Shown one piece after another: positions 1-12,340 of a stretch of 60,180 nucleotides of DNA. Made by a program: the position numbers and the translations under genes. Source of the DNA: Obrimoposthia wandeli (Eukaryota); contig CDROCS010003045.1 of assembly GCA_977020255.1 (NCBI GenBank), forward strand, positions 1 to 60,180, given 5' to 3'. The notes under the pieces are model-generated. The model had not been told where the DNA came from and made no database searches. It worked only from the letters and a program-made list of their open reading frames with translations. The first letter of the stretch is position 1. Each line of letters begins with the position of its first letter.

Positions 1-799
1 TTCTATCTTGACAGTCCAGTTATTCCAGTAACGTAATTTCTTACTTGTCTCTAGTTACGCACAGTGTATCTATAATTACGCCTATGTAATTTATAATAGA
101 AACACTTGCTAAAACTGGCTGTTTATCCACTGATATCACCATTTCGCAATCGAGGAACAAAATTGCTGGTTTCTGTGCGATTTTTAATTCAAAAAGGGCT
201 TATTGGTTGAGGTTCTTCTGCTTTTCTTATTTTTTCTATAAAGAATAGATTTGATCCTCTTCCCTATTTTGCTATATTGATTTTCTAATTGAGCTGCTTG
301 TAAGGTGTAGGTATGATTTCCTATCAGAAAGTTTAAGGTCTTATCTGATTTGGTTTAAATGGCTAGTGCCACGTGAATATCTATTTTTCACACTAATTGG
401 GGAATATTTCTACCTGAGAGCCATATGGGTTGGTCTTTTTCTCATTGGAAAAAAAATAAGTGCGCTTGTTCTTTCTGTGGTAATTTTTAACTTATTGGGA
501 AGAAATGTTTGATTTTAAAACATTTTTCTTCCTCCGTTGTTTGTAAAGTATGCAATACTAAACTGATTTTCATCTTTTGATAAAGGAATTTGCTAAATAC
601 CACCTTTCTGGCATATTTTCCGATTTTCCTTTCTATTTTTGCTGTGCTTTTGTTTGATTTGGCCGAGTGAGCTCCTCCTGGTCTGGAGTCGTATCCAGGT
701 GATTGATATCCATTCGTCTGCTTTAATCAATTTGTTAGTTGAATAAATAATGGAATTATTTCTCAGTCTTAAAGTTATAAAAATATCAGTCTTATACAT
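1..799 (-). pseudogene. Degenerate accessory ORF of the gypsy element (unknown product)
   Basis: ORF 593..799 (MYKTDIFITLRLR...); coding-like sequence continues to the window start with stops; same strand and composition as the rest of the element. No recognisable motif. Confidence 0.3.
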
Positions 800-882
800 G
801 CAGTATGTGGATTTGTCATGAAAATAAACCTACTAATAAAATTTAGACAATCTGTACAAAAAGAAGGATGTATGTTTATGGT

Positions 883-1278
883 TTAACCAGAGTTTTGTTC
901 ACCAATGTTCATATCCGAGTCATATCCATCATCAAGTGTTGTATTAGTTGGGATAGTAGGATTTATGGTCATATAAAAGTTTATCATGTCGCTATAGGTC
1001 ATCATTTGTTTTCTTAATGAGGCTATAGTTGATCGTTGACTTAAAGTTTGTTGTATTAAATAGTCTATTCTGACAAAACTATGTGTCAACCTCCCTTCTA
1101 GTTCGTCAATTGTCAAATCATTATTCAATTTTTCTTCCACACTTTGTTTTATTACTTGTTTCAGTGATTCATTTTGAGTTGTGATCTTTATATAGTAGTC
1201 GTCATGCTGTCTGGAAACATCTCGAATCTTCTTTCTCTTAATTTTTGCATTTTTACAAACTTTTGTCAATCTGTTCAA
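883..1278 (-). CDS. 131-aa accessory ORF, helical/coiled-coil-like, unknown function
   Basis: Uninterrupted ORF on the element strand: basic N-terminus (KIKRKKIR), heptad-like middle, acidic tail (DDGYDSD). Confidence 0.5.
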   Translation of the reverse strand: MNRLTKVCKNAKIKRKKIRDVSRQHDDYYIKITTQNESLKQVIKQSVEEKLNNDLTIDELEGRLTHSFVRIDYLIQQTLSQRSTIASLRKQMMTYSDMINFYMTINPTIPTNTTLDDGYDSDMNIGEQNSG

Positions 1279-1480
1279 TTTTATATCTAAAAATAACCAT
1301 TATTAAATTTCAGGATGCGTTTCCTGGTGATTTTATTTTAACATTATTTTCATTAAATCCTCCCTAAAATACACATATATATCTTAATTTCTATTAATAT
1401 TTATTCTATTTCCAAACTAATTTAGATTTACGTAATAGTACTAACATTATTTGTTACTTAAATGGTTTTAAAAAATTTGA

Positions 1481-2806
1481 TTATTGTGTCATATTTCTTT
1501 TCCTATTTTCTATTACAGTATTTATGGATAATTCTGAAGAATTCTCATCTTTAGGAATAATATAAATAGTAAAAAGGGCCTGGGGGCCGCAAAAGTGTTT
1601 TCGTTGTTTTGTTTCTATCATTTTCGTATGTTTCAAAATTAAGATTCTCCATGATATTTGATTTATAAATGTAATTATTTCGATTACTATAACTATTATT
1701 ATAAGTTCTTTTTTATCTTCATTCCTTGAATGTTCTTTTTGTTTACCATAGTGCATTTTTAAACTTTCATTAAATGATTTATAGGATATTGTTTTTGTTG
1801 TTTTTAATTTTAATTTAATTCTTATTCTCTCTCCATGATTTCAACTTGATTTGTAACTCTGTAAATCTTTGATGTAAATGCTGTAAGTATGTAGCATTTG
1901 TTTTGTGGTTGTTTCTTTGACATGTTTCTTAATTTTTTACTGCTGACCAACGACCACAAAAAATTGTAGGTTGATATAGTTTGGATATCTTATTTCCTAA
2001 AAATTGTTAATTTTGTTAGATTTTATAACTTTCAAACTTTTGACTCCATTGTCTGTACATTATTGGTTTATTAGTGATTACGCATTCTCTATTGTCCATA
2101 ATTATTTTCTGGATATCTATATTTTCTATGGTTAAATTTGTTTTAGTTTGTGTATTTTCTAATTGTTTTCTTGAGTCTTTCCAAAAATTAGCATTATTTC
2201 TTTCTATATCTAATTTAATGAGGGCTTTATCTAAATCATCTATTTTAATTGAAATTTCCATTTTATCATTATTTTATGTTTTGATATATAATTTGCTGTT
2301 GTTTTTAATATTGATGCTAGGTATATGTGAGTTTCTATAATTCTTTCATAGAGTGTTATATTTTTTTAATTTCTGACTTAATTCTTATTTTATATTGTGT
2401 TTCTGTTCTTAAAAATGGTATTGTATATTTTTGTGAATTTATTCCTGAAATAATTATATTTTGTTTTCTATCTGTTTGTGTGATTTGCACATTTCCTGTT
2501 TTGTTTGTAAGAAGAGAAATTTTTAACTTTATTGATGTGATTTCAGATATTATTGTTATTAATCCAAAAATATTTTATGAGATGAGTTGTTGAGTCGTAT
2601 TTATTTGTTTGTTGTTGTATGATTGATTGATTGTCATTTATGTTTGTTGCGTTTACTTTCAGTAGGTTATATTTTATTGTAAAATATATTATCAATAACA
2701 TCATTATTTTACCAATTTCTTTCATTGACATTTTTATTGTATTTCTGGTTTGATGACTCAAAATAGTTTTGTTTTTTGTTTTTTGTGAGTTTTTTATTGT
2801 CAACAT
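1481..2806 (-). pseudogene. Frameshifted type-I membrane protein with FN3-like domain(s) downstream of integrase
   Basis: Signal-like MKEIGKIMMLLIIYFTIKYNLL; manual translation 2540-2350 gives ITSIKLK...KYTIPFLRTETQYKIRIKS (FN3 L-x-x-x-T-x-Y pattern); IMIKW and GRWSAV further on; TM ELIIIVIVIEIITFINQISWRILIL in ORF 1481..1756. Confidence 0.5.
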
Positions 2807-2819
2807 TTGTAGAAGTGTA

Positions 2820-5800
2820 TTATCGTTAGTTGATCTTAAGTTATATTTGTGACTTTTTACTTTTGTATTCTCCTCAGGTATTTCTCGACATCTGTTTATA
2901 TGTGCTCTTATTTCTTTTGATTTTGGTTCATTATCTAGTTTAGCTGTTATGTTGGTTACGTTGGTACTAATGACTGTATATGGTTTTGTATGGTTTTGAT
3001 AATTTGTGTGACAATCCTACATTAATTTGTGGATTGTGAATCATCACTTTACTTCCGCTTTTTATATTTGATGGCTTAGTTCTTCTATCATAATATTCTT
3101 TGTAATTTTCTTGTATGTTTTTTACAAATAGTTTAGCTTTTTCGAATACTAGTTTTATTCTTTCTCTAATTTCTATTTTATATTCAGGTATTTCTAAGTA
3201 TTGTGTATTAGGTTGTAGTAATGTTAGGTCAATAGGCATTTGAGGAACATAAGATAAAAATGTGTTTCTCCTGTGGATGCATGTACTGATGTTCTATATG
3301 CAAAAAGGCATGGATGTATGTGTAAATCCCAATCTGTTTGGTTGTTGTTTGTGTATGATGCCATCATATCTTCTAGGGTTCTATTAAATCTTTCTACTAA
3401 CCCGTCAGTTTGAGGGTGATATGGTGTTGTATTGATCTTTTATGTCAAAAATTTCAGCTATTGACGCTAATACATTATTTATAAATCCAGGTCCTTTGTC
3501 GGTTAATAATTTTCGAGGTGCACCGAAAGTAAAAATAATTTTTTCGACTAAAACCTTCGCGATGGTTTCAGCCTTATGATCATGTGTTGGAAAAGCCTCT
3601 GGCCATCTTGTAAAATAATCAGAAAATACTATTATATATCGATTTCCTCGGGGTGTTTCAGGTAATGGTCCCATTACATCCATGGCAACAGTTTCCATGG
3701 GGCTGATGGATAAGGTATTGGTTTTAAAGGTATTTTTGTGGTACGTAAAGTATTTTTCCGTTTAAGACATATTTCACAGGTTTTACACCAATTTGTTATA
3801 TCTTTTTTCATGTCAATCCAATAGTATTTTAAATTTAATCGTGAATGTGTCTTTTTTGATGATAAATGTCCTCCTAGCGCTCCATTGTGATATTGAAGAA
3901 GTAATTGACACTGAATTTCTTTAGGAATAACTAGTGAATATAGATTTTTGTCATTTAAATAATATAATATTTCATTACTATATTTGTATCGTGATTCGTG
4001 AATTTTTAAATGTTTTCTTAATTTTTCATCTGTTGGTACTTCGTTTGTGCTAATGTATTTAGTTATTTGCTGAATTTCATTATCTTTGCTTTGAAGTTTA
4101 GTAATTACTTTTTTTATCATATTTAGCTTGAATTATTGTAAAAAGATTTAATTCGATGTCGTTTGCAGTTATTTCGTTTATTTCTTCTCTTATTCGTGAT
4201 AGACAATCTGCATTAGCGTTAGATTTTCCTTTTCTATATTTTATTTCAATATCATATTTTTGTAAAATCAATGCCCATCTCATTAATCTAGATGTTGTAT
4301 CCTTATGATTTAAAAGCCATTGTAATGGTCTTTGATCTGTGTAAACATAAACCTTTCGACCTAATAAGTAATGTTTAAAATGTTCCATTGCGAAGCAAAT
4401 AGCTAGGCATTCTCTTTCTATCGTTGAGCAATTTTTTCATGTTTTTAAGACCTCTGCTCACATATGCTATCACATGATCTTTTTCGTTATTTTCCTGTTG
4501 TCCTAAAACTGCTCCTAACGCATAACCACTGGCGTCAGTCATAACTAAAAATGAGTTATTAAAATTAGGATATCTAAGTATAGGTTTTTTCGATTAATTT
4601 TTGTTTTAAATATTCATAAGATTCTTGTTGTTCTTTTTCCCATTCAAATTTTTTCATCTTTTTTAATAAGTTTATTTAATGGTATTGTTATTTGTGCGAA
4701 ATTTCTAATAAATCTACGATAATATCCTGCAAGCCCTAAAAATTCCTGTATATTTTTACTGTTTTTGGGATTGGAAAATTTTTAATCTTTTCTACATTTC
4801 TCTCGTCTGGTTGTATTCCTTTTTGCTGATACAGCATGTCCTAAGTAATTTACTTTATCTTTTATCCATTCACATTTCTTTGGTTTTAGTTTTAATCCTG
4901 CTACCTGTAATCTAAAGAATACGTTTTCTAAATCTTTTAAATATTCTTCAAAATTTTTTTAAAAATAAGAATGTCGTCGATATATACCATTACATGATCT
5001 GCATCCATTAAAATATGGCTCATACATCTCTGAAATGTTGCTGGAGCTCCGGTTAATCCAAATGGTAAGACATTGAATTCATACAATCCTTCTCTTGTTG
5101 AGAAAACTGTTTTATATTTATCTGACTCCTCAATTTCTATTTGCCAGTATCCACTCTGTAAATCTAAAGTTGTAAATACTTTTGCATTTTTTAGTTTGTC
5201 TAATATTTCATCAATTCTTGGCAGTGGATGAGTATCTTTGTGAGTGATTTCGTTTAGTTTTCTGTAGTCTACGCAAAATCTCAAAGAACCATCTTTCTTT
5301 TTTACTAAAACAACAGGTGATGTCCATGCAGAAAAACTTCTTCTAACAATTTCATTTTCTAACATTCCTTTTATTTGTCTTTGAGCCTCATCTCTGTAAG
5401 TATATGGAATTCGGTAGGGTCGTTGTTTTATTGCTGTGTTTGTTGTTAACGGAAGATTATGTTTTATCAAATTTGTTCGACCTAAATCGTATTCATTTTT
5501 AGCAAATATTACATAATATTTTTCTGTTAAAGTTTTAAGTTTTGATTTTTCATAATCATTTAATTTGATATCGTTAAAATTTATCGTAGATTTATCTTCT
5601 ATTTTTTCATTATCTATTAATTCAATATTTTCAATAACACTTATTTTTCCAAGACGTACTCCTTCTTTGAGATGAATTTCATTAATGTCTGCATTTAGAA
5701 TTCTGATTGGTATTGTGTTGTTTTTTATTTTACAAATTATATTTGGCAAAACGTAGTTCAAGGTTTCTTGTTGATATTTATAAGGTTCAAATAATACATA

Positions 5801-6397
5801 TTTTTCTGTGATTATGTTAGTTTCTAGTTGTAACATTGTTTCTGTTCTTGGTTGGAGAATGATATCTCCTTTTATTTCTAACTCGTATTCATTTTTGGCG
5901 TTAGGTCTGTAAATGTCTTTTATTTGATTTTTTTCAAAATCAAAGTGGAAATTATTTCCTAATTTTCTTAATGTATCTATTCCTATGATCATTTGGCAAG
6001 GACAATTTTTCATGATTTTTGTAGGTATTTTTATGAATTTATTTCCTATTTTAAAAAGACAGTCTAATTTTCCTATTATATTTACGGGTTGACCGTTTGC
6101 TGCTGTGACTTGACTATTTTCCTTAAGAAGAAGTAATTTTTGTTGTGTTTTTAAGAAAGATTCGTCTAAAACTGTTACGCTTGATCCTGTGTCAATTAAA
6201 GCTTTAAGTTTATATTCGTTAATTTCTACTTTTACATATGGTCGTTTGTCGTTATCTTTTTGATTTATTGTATATATTGTTGGTGCAGTTGGTTTTTGTA
6301 TATTTGTTTTATATATATATTTTTCTAAATCAGGATATTGTGAAGATTCCGCTTTTTCTGTTTCTTTGGTACTTGTAATTTTTTGTATATTTGTTTC
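2820..6397 (-). pseudogene. pol: Ty3/gypsy Pol: aspartic protease, reverse transcriptase, RNase H, integrase (frameshifted)
   Basis: PR KALIDTGSS (DTG 6193-6185); RT FCVDYRKLN, LDLQSGYWQI, LPFGL, VYIDDILI; RNase H TDASGYALGAVL, TDQRPL, NANADCLSR; IN GHLS/CKTCEIC, AMDVMGPL, LLTDKG, YHPQTDGLVERFNRTL. Confidence 0.96.
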
Positions 6398-8333
6398 TCA
6401 CATTTCATTTGATAATGTGTTTACTATGTTTTGATGATGATTAAAAATAAGGAATTTTGCCAAAAATGGGAAACATCCTAAGATTAATTTCCATGTTAAT
6501 CCTCCAACTTTATAAATATAATATGTTGATAAAATTTGACTTAGAAGAATCTTAAAGCAAATTAATAGAGCATATATTCCAACTAATCCAGAAAATGCTT
6601 GTCCAAAAATTAAAAAATTTTCCCATATTTTTGACATGGTGTTTTTAGTGGCTTTTATAAAATGATTTGGAGAAAGTAATAAGTCGTAATCAGGACGGCT
6701 AATTCCGTCAGGTACTGATCTTTCTATGATTTGTGTTAAAATTTTGGATCTTATTTGTGGAAATAAAATTTATTTTCTTAACTTATCTATATCTTTCTGT
6801 ATATAAATTCCTTTTGTGTTTAATTCGTTATCTGTTTGTATATTGATGTCGTTGCTGAGAGTGGTTAATTGTAATTTTTGTGGTTCTGCGACAATATCTC
6901 TTCTTGGAAGTGAAATCCAAATATCTTTTGAAATTTGATAATGAGGTGCCATTATGTTTGAGCAGTTTATTTCTTTTATGCTAAATGTGTTAAAGAGTAT
7001 GATTCTAGTGATTGGTTCTACAAATAATGAATTGTTTTTGTAAAAAATTGGTAATTCTTTTGTACATTTTTGGTGATTTCTTATGTTAACTATTACTTTT
7101 TTACATTGATAAGTGTATAACACTACTCCCATTACTCTTCCAAAAGTACCGTCAGCTAATGGTAATAATGGTGTTATTAATTCTGGGCTAGTAGCAATAA
7201 TTGCCAATTTCGTTTTTAATATTTCTTGATTTAATTTACAAGCATTCATTATGGTTTCTCTATATATTGCTTCTATTGTCATTAGTCCTTTGTGATAAAA
7301 ATAATCTAATTTATTGTTAAAATAATCATAATTTTTAATATCGAATTTAGTTGGTGTCGTTTTTGCATTATGTATTTTTTCATTACTTAAATATATTCCT
7401 TTATAATTAGTTGTATAAACAGAGTGTCCACATCGGGATTCCTCTTTCTTTTAATAAATCGCATTCCCTGAACCTTGTTCAATAGACATTAATATAGTTG
7501 GAGTTGATGTTTTTCGTATTTTTCGAGTTCTATATTTTTTGCGTATGTCCTTTGGAATTTGTTGATCTAGTTCCGGATCATCTCTAAATCTTTTTCCTTG
7601 AATTATTTGAAAAGTTTCTGATTTTAAATGTATTAATTTACATTGATCCATTTTTACTTTTTAGTAAAGTATTGAAGAACCCGTGTTACAGTGACCTATG
7701 TTTGCTTCACAAAATGGCATTGTTACCATTGTGTTTGTGGAAGGATCGAATGTTGCTTTAAAAGTTCTTAGTTCGACTTCAAAATTTTTAATAACTACTA
7801 AACCACTTTGCTTAACTCTCATTACGACATAAGTTCCTGTTGTACATTCTCCATCCGATTTAATCTACAATTTTTTTTTACCTACAACTGATATCATTTG
7901 TTGAATTATATTATTTTTCGCCGCTCGGACTTTAATTTCTCTATCTATTCTCAATTCTCCTGTTGCGAAAGCATCTTTACAATTTAAAGCGTCAACTATT
8001 ATTGGTGTTTTTCCTAATGCTGGTTTTCCTATTGAATTGTGACTATGTTGTCCACAATATGTTATAAATGTCTCTACATGTACTCTACAAATCTAAAACT
8101 TCTGCATATATGAAATCTGTTTCCTGATATACTTGATACAACTTAGTATTTTTGATTTTTACCTCGTTTGGGTCAGCGTCTGCACATTGCTGTAAATCCA
8201 TTAAAGAATATTTATTTTGAATTTTATATTTTGAACAATCATATGCTTCTAAAGCATTAATTGGTTTTATCATGTTCATAATTAGACATATTGTTAATAT
8301 TATCTGAATAATTTTCCATAATTTTTTCATCAT
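6398..8333 (-). pseudogene. env: Chuvirus-like (class III, gB-type) envelope glycoprotein, between gag and pol
   Basis: Signal MMKKLWKIIQIILTICLIM; AYDC..SL.D...C; CRVHVETFITYCGQHSH; DGEC; CGHSVYTT; FNNKLDY; CKKVIVNIRNHQKCTKELPI; FVEPITRI; LRK*ILFP; C-terminal hydrophobic WENFLIFGQAFSGLVGIYALL. The Cys pattern matches chuvirus G as I recall it. Two frameshifts and three internal stops. Confidence 0.85.
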
Positions 8334-8370
8334 TTTATTAAGATTATTTGTATTTTTAAAATTTTAGTTT

Positions 8371-10150
8371 TTAGATTTTTTGTGTTTTACGTTTTTTCTT
8401 GTGTTTTACTTTCTTTTCTTGTGTTTGAGTAGTTTGGTTTGTTTTTGTGATTGTATATTTATTTTTTTGTAATGTCAAACAACCATCTCTAAACATGTCT
8501 CCAAATTCGGATTGTAAGTTTGTTCTATTTGTTTGTGGTTCACTGTTATGGCATTGTTGGTGTATTTCTCTGTAACGATTATCCATTTCTTTAAGTCGTA
8601 ATTTTAACAATGCTAATTCATCTGTGTTTGGAGTTGTTTCTGCATTTTCTATAGTGTGGATAGGGTTTCTTGGGGTATATTGTCGATCTTGAGTACTGTT
8701 TTTGAACTTGTGGTTGCTGTGTTATTGTTGTGTTTCCAAATTGATTCATCATTGTGTTTAATTTTCCACAGTCATCAGTGTTGTGATTTTTCATATTACA
8801 AATCTTACAAAATTTTGTATCGATATTAAAATATCTATTTTGATTATTGTCATAATTGTTTGGTTTATTGAAGTTATTATTCATGGTAGTGTATTATTAC
8901 TTTGTCTATTTATTAATTTTCTACAAGTTTCAATTGTGTGATTGTCTTTTTGCAAAATCTGCAAAATTTTATGTTATAATTTTCGACAATTTTCTATTGT
9001 GTGATTTTGGAGTCCACAATTTGTGCATTTTTGAAAAGATCTTTGTGTAAATTGTGAGTTTGCAAAATTTATATTTGTTTGGTTTCTATAAAAATTATTT
9101 ATTGGTGGTCTAAATTGTTGAGGATTTTGAAAATTATATTGAGTATCTTGGTTAAAATTCCTAGTTTGGTTGTAGTTTGGTGGCGTTTGTGGTCGTTCTA
9201 TTTTTTCAAAAGATAATGCTGAAACCTCGGTTTGCTGTATCATATTTAGTCTTGCTTCTACTAGCTGAGCTTTTCCTATAGCCTGTTGAAAGTTTTCTAC
9301 TTCTAGTAATGCAGGGTGATCTCTAATTTTATTATTTAATCCATGTAAAAATTGATGTAAAAGTAATCGTTCTCTTTGTGCTTCTTCTATTTCGGGAAAA
9401 GATTTTAATGCAAGTCGTCGTAATTCGACTGCGAATATATTTGTGGGTTCTCCTACATGTTGCTCTCGTTGTCTAAATTGATTTAAGTAGTTCTGGTCGG
9501 ACTGTACTCCTAAAACCATATTTTAGAAATGTTGGACTAAGTGTTCCCATGTGTCTTTTTGCAGATTTGTTAGGGCAGTGCCTTTTAGGTATGCTGGAAA
9601 AACTCTAAGTTTTTCTAGGTCTGTCCATTCGAATGCTTGAGCAAAAGAATCATATCTATTCAAGAATTCTGGTAAAGATGATTTATCGCCATTAAATGCG
9701 TCTAGTGGTATGTTTAATCTATGATTTACCCTTTTGATGTACTTCGTTTATTTGTTCGTTATTTATTTCTATGTTAGGTGGTACTGGTTCTGCCACTGTT
9801 TCTGATGTTTCTGACGAGTTGTCTGAGTCAGATGTTTGTGGTAAGGATAAACTTTCTGTATCCGAATTTGATGTTAGGTTTTGGTTTTCAGAGTCGGTTG
9901 AAATTAAGCGATCCGTGTGTTGGTGAACTAACGGAGTTTCAGGGAAAAATTCGTTATTGGTTCTAAAATTTATCTGGGATTTAGGTCTCTGTGGTAGTGT
10001 TTCACTTGTGTTAGTTCTTACTAACCTAGTTTGAATGCGTCTCCAGTGAAGATTAGCATTACGTTTAGATTTTGAAATCTTTGTGTATTGTTCACTATTA
10101 TCCTGCGTACTGGGTCGAAAATTAATTTACGTGTTTATATATTCTTGTCT
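8371..10150 (-). pseudogene. gag: Gag with two CCHC zinc knuckles (frameshifted)
   Basis: AFNGDKSSLPEFLNRYDSFAQAFEWTD..AYLKGTAL; QREQHVGEPTNIFAVELRRLA; FLHGL; knuckles CTNCGLQNHTIENC and CKICNMKNHNTDDC; coiled-coil and basic C-terminal extension. Confidence 0.87.
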
Positions 10151-10768
10151 AGTTTTATTGAAAAACGATTAAAGAAAATGTATATTTAAATAAATTGTTT
10201 TTTAAAAACAGTCAGGAATTATCTCTACTCTGAGATCAAAATACAGCTCGGCCTTATGATAATCGATTACCGTGATTTGAGCTGTAAGTCCAACCAAAGT
10301 AATAGAAAAAATTTCTAACCTATCAATATCCTTAAGTCAAATCTGCTATCGCTATTTTTATTTTAAAAACTAATATTGTAAATTTATTAATTTAAATTAT
10401 GTTAAGATAAATTATTTAATATATCTTAATCAGACACAGGATAATTTTGAATCAAAAACTATTGCTTCAAAAACTATGAAAACTTGTTAATTCGATAACC
10501 CCAGTTTATGATCTCTAACCTAAACCAGTAAAAATATTAAAATAAATTGGTGAAAATCCTAAATCTAAATAAAGTAATATGTTTGTATTTTATTTCAAAA
10601 ATAGTCCTAATATTTTACAACTAAATTTCGAATTTCTTATTTTCACTTCAACAGAAAAATGAATTCCAATATGAATTATGTATTTTTATTATTATTGTTT
10701 CTATTTTACAAATGTATATATATTGCTCTAAATTTTTATTTTAATAGATCGAGACAATGTAGTTGGGC

Positions 10769-10877
10769 TTAAAATAATAATGAAAACTCCTTGCAAAACC
10801 TCTGGCGGTATGTACCACAAAGTTAAAAATAATAATGAAAACTCCTTGCAAAACCTCTGGCGGTATGTACCACAAAG
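10769..10877. repeat. ~54-bp tandem duplication in the 5' leader
   Basis: Two copies of TTAAAATAATAATGAAAACTCCTTGCAAAACCTCTGGCGGTATGTACCACAAAG. Confidence 0.9.
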
Positions 10878-10913
10878 TATTTTTACTTTACTTTAACTAT
10901 CACAACCAAGAAA

Positions 10914-11017
10914 TTATTCTAAAAAATACAGTATAATTTTATTCTAAAAAATACAGTATAATTTTATTCTAAAAAATACAGTATAATTTTATTCTAAAAA
11001 ATACAGTATAATTTTAT
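10914..11017. repeat. 25-bp tandem repeat x4
   Basis: (TTATTCTAAAAAATACAGTATAATT)n. Confidence 0.9.
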
Positions 11018-11325
11018 TAAAAATGAATTAAAACGTATATTTAATATTATAAACTATGAGGGACTTATTCAAAATAGCACTTATTAATAAATGTATTAAA
11101 AAATATTATATTGGGGGTATTGAAAGCACAATGTATTTAAAATTTTAAAGAAAATATACTTATGTAAGATCGTATATATTCAGTATAAATTATTTTAAAA
11201 TACTAAAAAAAAATGTTATTATGTAATACTGAAATAGTAAGATAAGAATAATAAGTAATAATAAGTTAAAATAGTCAATAACAATAAAATAAAAACAAAA
11301 CACAATAAAATTACCTTTATGTGTT

Positions 11326-11343
11326 CACTCTTCGGGCTCACCA
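11326..11343 (-). promoter_or_regulatory. Putative primer-binding site of the gypsy element
   Basis: Minus strand TGGTGAGCCCGAAGAGTG upstream of gag, TGG start; resembles tRNA-Trp/Arg 3' complements, cognate tRNA not determined. Confidence 0.5.
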
Positions 11344-12340
11344 CTATTAATAAATAGAATAATAAGTAATTTTATTATCAATTTTTATTGTCAAATCAAA
11401 TCAATAAATCAAATCCAATTGTTGTTTCTGTAATAGAATATAGTCCTGATTTCGAATCAAATTATTGTTTCAGTAATAGATTATTGTCCTGAATTCGAAT
11501 CAAATTATTGTTTCAATAATAGATTATTGTCCTTGAATTCGAATCAAATTATTGTTTCTGTAATTATAATTATTTTGAAGTTAATTCAATTTTGTATTTC
11601 TTCAATAATTTTGCTTTTTATGAAAAAATTGTGAAACGAGGCAATACTAATAATTGTGATTACAAGTCTGCAAGTAGACTTTTATATATGCCATTACATG
11701 TACGTTTTGGTAATATCACAAAGTTAAATTGGGCAGGTGAATTTGGTAGTGTGTGGCCTTCATTGATAATTTTCGCTGCCTGCTTGAATTATTATTAGAC
11801 ATGTTGTGGAGGAGAGATCTGGGTAGAGGAAGCTGGTATTTCCTTTGGCTCTGCACACACACACACACATGTGCAGCCAGGGAAATTTCACCGTCTTTCA
11901 AAATTCTGACAGGTGGAAAATGCCAAATTAAACACACATACACTGAGAACACCAATCATCACACATGTGCACAATGGATAGGTGAGTGAGTACAGAGAAT
12001 ACGTGAGTGAGTACAGAGAATAAGTGAGTGAGTACAGTGATTTCCGCTGTGTATGTGTGTTGAGTGATGTCGGCTGTGTGAGTGTGTGTGTTGAAATGTG
12101 CACTTGCACACCAACATCACATGTCGACGATATTCGTCGGCACATGAAAGGGGATATCTTTCCTTCTTTTCTGGTTTTTATTATTGTTATCTCAGGCTTC
12201 GCGGAATCCACTGCGAAGTTAGAGATAAATGGGGCCATCTCCCTGATGAGCCCGGTAGACGAAACGGGCTTTTCCTGTCGGAGATTAACCACTCTAAACT
12301 AAAATGCCAGTAAGTGCATATTTTATCTAAATAGAACTTT
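11344..12340 (-). repeat. Candidate 5' LTR containing ~43-bp x3 (11445-11570) and 21-bp x3 (~11981-12040) tandem repeats
   Basis: Directly upstream of the PBS, GC-richer than its flank, CA-microsatellites. No partner LTR in the window and no clear TG..CA ends. Confidence 0.35.

Larger units (their letters stand above)
1..12340 (-). mobile_element. Large env-bearing Ty3/gypsy LTR retrotransposon (3' end runs off the window)
   Basis: Minus-strand gag with two CCHC knuckles; pol in PR-RT-RH-IN order (gypsy-type); glycoprotein ORF; PBS-like TGGTGAGCCCG at 11343-11333. No 3' LTR in the window, and the 5' boundary is uncertain. Confidence 0.88.

Noticed and set aside
2074-2593. Plus-strand hydrophobic ORFs 2074..2340 and 2327..2593
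   Set aside because: Antisense shadows of the A-rich minus-strand coding region; T-rich codons mimic TM segments.
11445-11570. CRISPR-like regularly spaced repeats
   Set aside because: Head-to-tail tandem units with no unique spacers, no cas genes, and a eukaryotic context.
11592-12313. Several overlapping ORFs on both strands
   Set aside because: They arise from higher GC and simple repeats in the candidate LTR; no protein motifs.
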